64,000 nucleotides of DNA, from positions 3,660,001 to 3,724,000 of the forward strand of contig CM052816.1 in the NCBI GenBank assembly GCA_028534125.1, in the 5' to 3' direction. Position 1 is the first letter of the stretch. The number at the start of each line of letters is the position of its first letter. The notes beneath the pieces were generated by a model that saw nothing but the letters and a program-made list of their open reading frames with translations, ran no database searches and had not been told where the DNA came from. The translations under genes were made by a program, and so were the position numbers. Below are positions 39,311 through 50,037 of the stretch, one piece after another. This stretch comes from Lama glama. Its lineage: Eukaryota.

Positions 39311-41477
39311 GTGAATTGTTCTTCCAACACCCATAGTATAAGGACAAGGGATTAATCGATGCCAGTCATAGATTCTGTCCTGCAACTCCCCAATGAATAC
39401 AAGAACTTTTCAAGGAATTTAAACTTAATGAAAGATTTCTGGTAAAAACCTATCTGTGAGCAGCACTTTGAAGCCCGAATCTTAGAATCTTCCTATTAGA
39501 GCAGATCTGAAAGGTCATTTAGTGAAAATCTTTTCTCCTTCTGCTGCCTGACACACCCCTGCAACAGCCCTGACGTGATGTCTCCCTTATCTTCAGTCTC
39601 TCAGTCGCGGGAAGCTCAGTACTATCAAAGGAGGTAACTGACCACTTCACAGACAATTCAAAACCACTTTCTTATACCGCTCTATCTTATTTTTGGCTCC
39701 ATCGCCCTCACTCCTTAGCCATTTGGGGTCATCAGAATAAAGAGCAAAATTCTCTTTTTGAAAGAATATCATACCTCACACAAAGAAGGGGAAGTGTGCC
39801 TTTGCCAGTTCACTTAGTCACTGCCCGGCTCAAGCTATGAGACTGTTATGTGACAGGAGGCAAAAAACTTCCGTACATCTTTCGCTAAGAACTGACTTCT
39901 AGCTTTAGAACGAGCCCCTGAAATCCTCAGTGTATTGTAATAGCTCCTCAAGCGCCAAGAGGAGGATGTATTCGGTCCATCGTGGTTGCGTCTCACAAAT
40001 GGTGCTCACGGAGCAGCCCAGGCATTAGCAGGGCCGGGTAATCAGAAGCCCAGTGCCTCCTGCTCTCCATGTTGATCCTGCTCATCCTGCACACTTTACA
40101 GACATCTGCATTCAAATGCTGAAGGGCATTTTCTTCATCTCGCAAAGAGCCTTCCATGAGGACCGGAGGGAGAACCACAAATGGATAGACAGATGCATCA
40201 TGTTAAGAAGGGTGTCAACACTTCCCTTGAATCAGTACACAGTCAATATTCTCCACCATGAATAACTAATGAGCTCCTCAACGTCTCCCCTCAGATGTCA
40301 TTGCAAAAATCTATCTGAGGAATGTCATCTGCACTTAATGAAGGGACAAGCATCATAATGAAGTTTAAAGCTATTTCTTCAGCATGAAGCTGCCATGGAG
40401 TGCGAAATGACTGTAATTCACACTTTTAAGACCCTGCATTTATTGGCATCTATTTCCCATCAAGGTTAGGGGTATGGTGCTTGGATTATCAAAGGATTCA
40501 AATTCCTCTGTGCTTTGTTATACAGAGTGAGAGTGCCTGAGCTCAGATACCAGGCAAGGAAAATTATCTTGAATGAGTCAGGTTGTATTTTTGAAAAAAA
40601 TCCAAAGACCTGGAAACTCATCTTCCTTTGGGAATAGGAGGCGATGATGAAATGCAGAACTGGGTGAAAGGGGACTTGATCCTTCTATGAATTAGGATAA
40701 CTGGGGTTGGGAAAATAAATAGGGACTAGACGCTTCTCATTAAGCAAAGTTCTACTGGAGTGTGTTTACTGCAGAAGCTATGGGCAAAAAAGATATCTAA
40801 AGTTTTGAAGTTGCTTGTAAAAGAAAGACTAGATTATTCTCTGTGGAAATGACTTAGTATGGCTGGAAGAAAGACTGGCGTGGGCTAAATAAGCATGTGG
40901 CCAAAATGAGAGACTCCAGGAGACTGTGATGGCTCTCCTTTACAAACAAATGTAAAAGAGGCAGTTACTTCGTGGGCAATGACAAACATGGACGACACCT
41001 GAGCCAGTGCATCCAAAAATGAAGACGTGTAGTGGGTATGCGTGTTTGTGACAGGCAGACCAGTATGAGCCTGGGGTGTGCCAAAAAGGATTTCCTTAGG
41101 AAGGGAAGTTTAGAGTGAGAGTTAGCACGTTGATCGCTCGCTGTGAATCGGGTGTCCCTGAGGAAACGCAACTGTCACTCAGATTTGGGTGACATGGCAG
41201 AACAACGTGTTAAAGGATGAACAGGATGATTCAGAAAGAAGAGAGAAGACTGTTTCAAAAAGAGACCAGCAAGGCTCTAAGTGATGCCTCTAAGGCACTG
41301 TAGAGGGAGCAAAGTAGGGGGAGAATGGTTGTAGCCTGCAAATTGAGGAGGCTTCCGGTTAAACAGTGAACTCAACCCAAGTCTACCTCTGCTTCTTCCT
41401 GAAATGCTAATGCAATGACAATAAATGGGCCCAAAAAAGGCACAAATCCACAAGGATAAAGAAAAAGAGAAGCAGGG

Positions 41478-42020
41478 CATAGGAGCGGAAGAAATCACCC
41501 CAAAATATACCTCTTTGGCGTAAGGATTATTTTAGGCTGATTATTTTTAAGAAAGAGCAGACAAGGGAGAAGCTCTGAAACCAAGCAGATGTTACTCTTT
41601 TGTAAGAGATATTTACATTTTTAATGGAAATCTCCATTTGCAAGGGGTCTCCCTCTCTGCATCAGGAAGAAAAAGACAACTGAACTTCTAGAAACTCTTA
41701 TCAATGTAGGAGGCAATGATTTAAATCTGCCTAATAACTTTACCCTACTTTCCTGTGCTTTTCTTGGTAACCTCCCCAAACTGGCCTCCTCCCCTGAACC
41801 CTCTCTCCCAAATCTTTTGTTTTTAGCGAGAGATAATATTTATGGTGTTGGCTTGGGCTATTTTGGGGGAGTTACTCAGTTTTTCTTGGTATCTCCCAAG
41901 TATACAGGACATATACATGTCATTAAACTTTTTCTCCACTATTAATCCGTCTTTTATTAGAAAAGTGTCTCAGCCAAGAACCTAGAAAGGGAGGGGGAAA
42001 GTTACTTTTGCTCCCCTACG
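41478..42020 (+). mobile_element. MER34-like ERV1 5' LTR
   Basis: Collinear with the 35601-36153 LTR (caccccaaaatat, taaggattatttt, ggaaatctccatttg, aaggggtctccctct, aagaacctagaa), ends ctcccctacg and is followed by a TGG-initiated PBS-like tract. Confidence 0.85.
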
Positions 42021-43295
42021 GTTTTGGTGACCTAGATCTGAGATACCGTACTTGCTCTGGAGCTGGTGGATGAGATCCTGGAAAACTGGGGTAAATGGGA
42101 GAAGCCTAAGGATTTCTACCAAGATCAGCTCTCCCGGGTTTCTCTCTGTAATACTCTGAGGTCCAGAGAGGAAGGTAAACATTTTTTGTCCCTTCCTTTT
42201 CACGTTTAGATCAGCAGGAGAAAATATTCGTGTAAGTAAGTTCCTCAGGTCTAGCAACTTTGGTAAAGATTTGTTAGGAGAACTTTTATTTTCTAACGGT
42301 CCTCTTCCTCCCAGCAGTGGTCATTTTTTTTCTCTTTTCCCTGTCTTTTGTGTCATTCATCACAAGGGGGAGAACCATAGGTATGCGTCTTGTTCACTGT
42401 CTCAAGAGCCTGGCTTTGTCACCAGTGAGAATATTCTCTCTGGTCTCCGTCAGCCAGAGGATGCATGTTCTGGGAAGCAGGTCTGTGGATCCAAGAAGCA
42501 GCAGCCTCTTGGTCCGACTGTGCCAGTTCTCAGGAGGTTTGTCATAAGGGGTCTCAGTCCATAAGGAAAGCAGCTCTTTGGCTCCTTTCATGTCCACCCA
42601 CTTCTGTCCCCCTGTAACCCGAACGTACCTAAGCATAGGAATGTGATCATTAAGTAATTGAAACTAACTCCTCACTTATGCTCTCCTGAATGTACATCAT
42701 GCCTTGTCTAACCCGTTGATTCTTTTCCTAGATAAAAAGAACGATGGAGAATTAAATCGTTAAGGAATGATTAGCTCTCACCCCTCAACAGCCCCCTTAG
42801 CAATCCTGCAGGCAGATCACGGGGCAAGACAACATCTGAAGAGAGAGTCCGCCAGCCTGAACGCAATGGAGAAGGATGCAGAACCCAACCTCCAGCCTCA
42901 CTGATTCACTCAGATTCTTGCCCACGTTTTTACCCTCTGAAATCTGTCATAGCTGAGCAGAATCTTTGGAGGTAGTCTCTAGACATGAGTCCACCATTTC
43001 CCCAGATTGCTGGTTTTTCTGATTAAAGTACTTTCCTTTCTACTGACACTTGCCCGTCAAATTATTGGCTTTTGTGTGGTAAGAATCTGAACCCAAGTTC
43101 AGTAACAATAAAGGGCCTTTACTGTCTTAACTTTTGTTGCCTTGTTGGTACAGACAAGTCCCATCCCAGTGGCGTCTGCCTGGTGTCTAAGATTAGTGGG
43201 TCTGTGGTTGGAGGCTTTTCATGTCCTCATGGGAAGCCAGACACACTGTTTTTCACTACTCTGTTCTTATTGCCTGTGGCAATGAAGTCTTTGCA
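42021..43295 (+). mobile_element. ERV1 internal leader (MER34-int-like), truncated and split by a nested LTR
   Basis: PBS-like TGGTGACCTAGATCTGAG at 42025-42042. The sequence rejoins across the nested LTR as gtctcagtccATAA|agggccttt. No gag/pol ORF or 3' LTR seen. Confidence 0.65.
42565..43107 (+). mobile_element. ERV1-class solo LTR nested in ERV leader, 4-bp TSD ATAA
   Basis: Ends gaacccaagttcagTAACA, with ATTAAA signal near 43022; ATAA at 42561-42564 and 43108-43111; the 5' TG reads GG. Confidence 0.75.
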
Positions 43296-43563
43296 GAGGG
43301 AGAAACAAAACTAAGAAAAGTCTGGAAGGAGGCAGAAGGGTAATGGGAGACAAGAGGTCCAGGGCATCACACAGGGCCAGATCAGCCCCTTTAAGGTTGT
43401 GTGTAAATGTTTTTGTTCATCTTCAAATCAGTGGGAGCCACTGAAGGACAGAAAACAAAGGCGTGCTGGTTAGCACAACATGGCATATAATCCATGGCCA
43501 GGAAGTCAGGCAAATTTATCTAGTTCTTTCTAAGCCCCAATGGTCTTACTTCCACTTATATTA

Positions 43564-43724
43564 CAGTTGGTCCTTGAACAACACGAGTTTTATGTGCACG
43601 AGTCCACTTCCAAATGCATATTTTTCAGTAGTAAACCCTATAGTACTACCTAGTCCATGGTTAGTTGAACCCACAGTTCTGGAGGACCGACTATAAATTA
43701 TACACAGATTAATCCCCACGTTCT
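43564..43724. mobile_element. Tigger2a-type (artiodactyl) DNA transposon fragment
   Basis: TA+CAGTTGGTCCTTGAACAACACG TIR, gtccactt...agtactac...ggttagttgaa...gactataaattatac; second TIR truncated. Confidence 0.75.
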
Positions 43725-45789
43725 GGATTTAGAAAACACATGACATCCACTGGCTGTTCCTTTTTTTAAAAAATTACCTCTAGTTCTCAACTTCAGGTAA
43801 AAATTGTTGTCAGCTTGTTTCTCTAAACTCCCATGACTCTTTGTTTTGAAAAGGTTATAATTGGAATAAAACAAGGCTGGCTTCAAGCCAGGATCATGAA
43901 GGGTGTAATTAAACAAGATTTTCTGTCTATCCGCGCAGCAGGGCCATCCTACTGGGGGGAAAAAAGGAGAAATTCAAAAACAATTGTGTGTTTTCCAAGA
44001 ATAATAGAACAATCTACCCCACACACTTTCCATAATAAATGGCAGCTGCTGACATTTGAATCAAAATAAAAACTGTAATAAAGTCACGGAGCTCTATTTT
44101 GAGGCAGAAGGTAGCCCCACGCAGGAATCTGGGCAGATATATACACATGCCCACTCCACTCAAAGGCTGAGAGGTTAGCATATGATGTCATGCCTGCCCT
44201 GACAACATGGATAAAAGTGAAATTTTATATATCCTTCCCAGTTGTGGTTTTATTTTTTGAATAATTTTTTTTTTCACATTTTAAACTGCAATGTTTAAAA
44301 AGTAAAGGATGAGATTTTCATTTTTAAATAAAAGCCACTTGTCTTAGACAATAATAACAGTATGTCATGCTGCCTCTGTCAAATACAGACAAAAACGGGC
44401 TGGCCCTTAAGGGACATACATCCGGTCACTGCACATGGCTGATGGTTCTAGCTTTAGTAGATAGTTGAGAAATGATTTTGAGAGTGAGGACTGAAACATT
44501 TTGGTTATTAAGGCACTTCCCCCAGTATCTTATTGGTTTAAAAAAGTAAAACTCCAAGACCGCTTTTGGGGAGTAGGTTGAAAACATCCGATCTGGACCA
44601 CAATTCCAGTTGGTTCTTGCTCAAGACTTGCAGAGGAATCAGCATCACTAATCACAGGGACCTGATGATGGATCCTGAAAGCGTTTTGTCCTTTTGTTCA
44701 CATCACACCCAGCGGTCACTACAAGACAGCAGGGAAGACTCACGGCCTTTGAAGCTTGGCAAAGTCATGGAAGATATTTTGTGACTAGCATGACACCCAG
44801 TATTGCAGGCTGGCCCGTGTACAAACCACATTCATCCAGGAAAGCAAATGGTATTTCTTTATTGTTCTTACCTGACTTAATTTTTTGCTCAAACTTATCC
44901 TTATGGATTATTGGGGAGGGAGGACATTAATCTATTCTGGCATCCTCTCTGTAATTGAAAAGTTTCAACTTTCTCATGAGGATATACAACTAGTCTCACT
45001 TTTCCTCTCCGTCTTTAGGATGTCATTATGGCTGTGAGGGAAGAGGACTTTTGTGACCTTGTGGTGATAGGAACAGACGAAGTTCTGATTCCCGGAGATG
45101 TCGTTCTAATCTGCATCAGGCTAGCAGCTCACGCCCAAGTCCTCAAGGGTGAATGCTCTCTGTGCTTCCCCCGTACCCACGGAGTCAGGCCTGAATGGCG
45201 TTGGTAGACCCTGAGGTCTGGGCATGTCTCCCACTGCACCTCCAAACTGGAATGCCTCCTTGGTAGCCCTCAGCCCTACTGCAGAGAAGCTCCCCAGGAC
45301 TGGCCAGCCTTCGCCATCAGTTATCCATCTGCACTCCTTAACACAACAGCACACGGACACTTTCACCAACCTGCCCTTCCCCCACCGTCCTCCTCCCAGG
45401 AATTGAAGGATTCAAGAGTACTGACCCAGGTCCTCTCTTCCCCTCTACACAGGGGGTTGTGAGACCGCCCTTCAAGCTGGCTTCCTCCTAGAATCCCAAA
45501 TAAAAATGCACAATGGCCTTTTTGCTTTAGACTTTCCTATGTACAACCTATGTAATGGTTTTCTTCTCCCCATGACTCAAAGATGAAAGGTCATCAGGAC
45601 ACATATTTCACCAGCGGCTCGCCCTACATCCTGTCCTCGTCTTCCCACAACTCACCAGAGACCGGAAGAGACAAGCCTTCCACTTCCTCTTCCTGTCTGA
45701 ATGGGACTTCCCCTGTGTGCTAGCCTCAGCTTCCCCTCTGATGTTCTCTGCCCTCTAAGCCTCCCTGGCCTCTAATGTCAGAATCAGAA

Positions 45790-46040
45790 TAAGGGGAAAG
45801 TTGGGAGTTCGAGATTTGCAGACACTAAGTAATATATAAAAAAATAGATAAACAACAAGTTTATACTGTATAGCACAGGGAACTATATTCAATACCTTGT
45901 AGTAACTAATGGTGAAAGAGAATATGAAAATGAACACATGTATGGTCCTCTATGACTGAAATATCATGCTGTACACCAGATACTATCACAACATTGTAAA
46001 CTGACTTATTTCAATTAAAAATATATACATATATATAAAA
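45790..46040 (+). mobile_element. Camelid/cetartiodactyl L1 3' end, 5'-truncated
   Basis: atactgtatagcacagggaactatattcaataccttgta...gctgtacaccaga...cattgtaaactgact..ttcaattaaaa plus AT-rich tail. Confidence 0.9.
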
Positions 46041-49000
46041 GAATATACAGAGGAAAGGAATACAGACACACAGATTTAATACCTTTAAGATACAATCTCT
46101 GTCACACGTCTAACGTAAGAGCTTTTCATAAACAGGCAAAGGGAAAGATGGAAATGCCTCAAATATGAAGTGTCACTCTTCCTTTACCCCTTTTGGTTCT
46201 CCTTTTATACAGTAAGAAAACCATGGTGACAAGGACACCTGGAGAAAGGCTGGGGGTAAGGGAGAAAAAGGAAATATGCAGATTAATTCAAACTATTGTA
46301 CTGATTTTAATAGAGAAAAAAGAAGAATGACAGCACGTTGGAATATAGAACGGAGAGAGAGAGAGAGAAGAGGGGCATACACGGTACTGAGTGGTCTGGG
46401 AAGATGCGCAGTGTGTATTCGTTTTGGGATTTCAAAGAGGACAATCTTAAAGTCAAGTGGACCTTATGAAGCCCTAGCCTGTGGCTTTCAGATCTTCATT
46501 TTTTTCTTGGCAGTCACTATGGGATGCGGGAAGACAAGAGTTGTGATGTGGCCACTAGCATTCTTGGCAAATTAGAAAATGGAAGCAAAACAATGACACG
46601 TTATGTAGTTACACGAGGCTGCCTTCTACTCTGTGACTACACGTTCTTACATCCTTTCTTCTACAGAAATGCAGTTAATAGTAGATGGAGTTACCCAGTA
46701 GTCTTTTGTTTTTGTCCTTAAATGAGAAACAACTGCTGGTCACCATGATTTGACGGAAACTTTTTCGGGGTTGAAGAAATATAAGACCCTGGGAACTCCT
46801 GTCTGAGTTCTTGAGCCCCAGGAAAGAGAGCTGCGTGCCCCTCCTCCCAAGAACGAACACGTGCTGAATTCACCTTCACTGAGCTGCTCCGCTGTTCCAG
46901 GCCCTGGGCTGGGAGAGCTTAAGAGACTTGCCCAAGGTCACAGAGCAGACAGGGGCCGGGTCCAAGGTAAAATCCAACACCCTCAGAGCCCCTCGTGACC
47001 AGCATGGACACTGCTTCCCCACTATTCTACTGTGTAAGGCCCTTGAGTGAGTAACTGCACTATTATTCGGCCCACTCTATGTTTTTTCAGTTCTTCTTTG
47101 AACCACGTCACTATTCATGCTATATCATCCAATCACCCTATATCTCATACAAGCAAAACAAAACTGAAAAAAAAAAACCAACTGAGTCTAAGTATATGGA
47201 GTTGGGGGGTGGAAGGGAGGGAAGAGGAAATCAAGAAAATTACAGAACGTGTCTGCAAAATGTTTAAAAGGGAGAGGACTTACAGATTTGTCCCACAATG
47301 CAATGGCCGCACCTACCAGGTACCCACCGCTACAGAGCTCAACATACAGCTTCTCTTGGCTCCTCCCTCCCACACTCCCACCTGCTCTTCCTCTGGGTCT
47401 CTCTGTCTACCTTTCTCTCTCGTTACATCTGTGTGCGTGTAAATTTTTTTTTCAAATCTGACTGTCGATCCACTGCTTTCGGTATTGTGAAGTTTGAAGA
47501 GGTCAAAGAAGGGGAGGACGATTACCAAGCCTCTAATTAACTGAACCCTGAAACTCTGACAGACTGTTCTGATCCCGTGAATTTATAAACCACTGAGAAT
47601 CAATAAATATTGAGTTGGCTCTAGACACTAAAGTAAACTTAAAGAAAAATTTGTTTCTGGCAACTTGTAGGAGCCTTGTGTAATCCTTGCTTCCCTATGA
47701 TAATATACATGACCTTTGAATTCACACATTTCCTAAGGAGTCAGATCTAGTAACCACCCACCTCTTAAAAAAAAAATCTTCCAAGTGTCCGGGTGCATTA
47801 TTAAGAGTAATAGATCCATCTTAGAATGTTTCAGCTATCATTAAAACTCTGGTAGTGTTAAGGGGAAAAATAAACAGTAACAAAGAAATGCCTTATTTCT
47901 TTGTGGCTACAGAATGGTTTTGGTATCAGTGAATCTTTCAGTTCTGAATTACGTTATGTAGCACTTTTTGAAACTCGTAACCATCTCTAATCTTTTGGGA
48001 CCATATTTGAAACTGCCTTCAACGCAATTTATTAAAGAACCCAGTTGTCATAAGGAAATCACAAACTCTCATGTTAATAAATAACATGGCAACATTCCTG
48101 GGAGCTACAGAAATATGGTGGGCTATTCGCCTCTACATTAAAAGGCCATAGCAAACATGCATTTTTAAATTTCAAGGCCTACTTTGAGTTTTATCTTTTC
48201 CCTTCTTGCCCTAAAATGCCACTTCCTTTGGGCAGCCTTCTTTGACTCTCTTAGGTAGATTCTGTCATCCTCTGTGTTTCCTCTGACTTGGTTCATACGT
48301 CTGTTCTATCTCATGATCTCCTACTTTGGGGTTCCTTTCTGTCTCATGCTCCTTAACTATAAATCAGTTGAGCACTCATGTATCTCCACATTGCAAGTAT
48401 TTAGCACACGCCTGGACTCTTCACAAGTGTCAGACAATACTTGGCAAACAGTTCCTGATATGTAAGGAAATGGAAAATCAGGTCACCACTCTTGTTAAAA
48501 TTGGACATAGGGAAGAAGCACACGCATGCATCAACTGATGAAGAGGTCTTTCATGTAGACCTCTTGGGTCCTTGCTCTTTCGTGGCTCCTTCCAAGCTTT
48601 TGGTGATATTTAGGGGAACAGAGCTGGCTCTCTGTGGACATTGGTCTATAAAACATTCTCCCCTTCTTTTTATTTTTTTTCCCACATTTGTCATGGGCTT
48701 ATGTCTGGGAAATAGGATTTAATAGTTTAACATTTCCTATTCTGGTAAGATCAGAATCCTACAAGGAGACTCCACAGTTGAAAAGAATCCTTAGAGCAAG
48801 GTAGACATTCAAAGGTAGCCTCTGTTCTTACAGAAAATACATATGTAATACTGAATGACCTATTTCCAGTCTCAGATAATGCACAGCCTGAGATCAGGGA
48901 TTTTTCCATTTGTCTTTATATAGACTCCAGGAAACAAACAAAACAAAACAAAACACTGGTGAACAAGTGAACATTTAAAACATTCACATCTTAAGGTCAT

Positions 49001-49884
49001 GAATTTATTCAAACCCAGTTTCCCATTCAAAGTTAGCTTTTCTTATTTCAAGGGATAGCTGTAATATCCAGTATGTTTTCAAGTACAGTCTTGAGTCTAG
49101 AGTCACATCATTATTTCAGAACTGCCCTGCAGGGGCAGAGTCTACAAACATGCCTGAGTTGAGAGTGTTGCGTGCAGACCTTGCTAACGCTCCGTATTTG
49201 TCTGGGGAGAAACAACCCTCTTTTGTGATTTTCAGCTCAACTCTGGATTATTTACAAGCTTCTTAAGCAAACACTGCAAATAAAGTAACTATAGTAGCTC
49301 TGAAAGGAAAATCAGTGAGCCAAAACTCGAGCAGAGGGGAAGCTACCGTTCCTTAGCTGAGAGTTGAGGTCTTCCAGAAAGAAATGTCAGAGGCCTAAAA
49401 TCGGCTTGACCTTAACAAACAAGGAAATAAAAGACAAGAAGAGAACAAACAAAACCTCCAGCAGCCAAGCCAAGACAGGGGTTTAAGGAAACCAAAGACC
49501 CCAACAGAGCAGGTCTCTGAAATACGTGCTGTTTTTCTCACGTTTGCTTACCTGGGTCAGTGCAGGGCAGGGATGGATGTTTAAGTTTTGCCTGTTTATT
49601 TTAGAAGTCAGTCTAAATATAAATAAGCTGTGGTCTTTAACTCTGTTTGTTTCCCGTTAACAAGTAAGACCAAGAAAGTCTGGGTACACAATGTTATTTA
49701 AAAAAACCAAAAAACTCTCATCTAAAACATTCCAGCTGAATTGCAGTGGGAGTTTTAAAGATCCATGAATTCATCTCTCAACAAATACCTTTTCTGTTAA
49801 ACTCCATTTTATATACTTTTTAACCTAGAAGACATTCAGGTGGTGGCACCCTTTTAAACAAATCTTGCGTAAAATAAGAAATTA

Positions 49885-50037
49885 TAGGACTATGATGCTA
49901 ATTTCGCAGTTGTGATAAATTTATCACGGTTATGTAAGATGTTAACACTAGAGGACACCAGGTGAAGGGTCCATGGGAATACTTTGCATGAATTTTGCAA
50001 CTCTTCCTTTAAAATTATTTAAAAATTAAAAAAAAAT
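49885..50037 (+). mobile_element. Old L1 (L1MC-type) 3' end
   Basis: ggttatgtaagatgttaaca...ggtgaagggt...tttgcaact...aaaattaaaaaaaaa. Confidence 0.7.

Noticed and set aside
39960..40500. Repeat-free block with short ORFs and an 8-bp inverted repeat (CCTCAGAT/ATCTGAGG)
   Set aside because: The ORFs resemble nothing I recognise and the stem is within chance; it may be conserved non-coding DNA, but I cannot support that from the sequence alone
35601..42020. Two same-orientation MER34-like LTRs 5.9 kb apart as the ends of one provirus
   Set aside because: The first has its own CTAT TSD and no PBS. The second is followed by a PBS, so it is a 5' LTR. The DNA between them contains MIR/L2 and no retroviral genes, and the copies are clearly diverged.
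7285..44880. Other minus-strand CAG|GTAAG motifs (near 7296 and 44871) as exons or recursive sites
   Set aside because: No clean polypyrimidine tract or AG-free zone, and no open exon resembling SGCD
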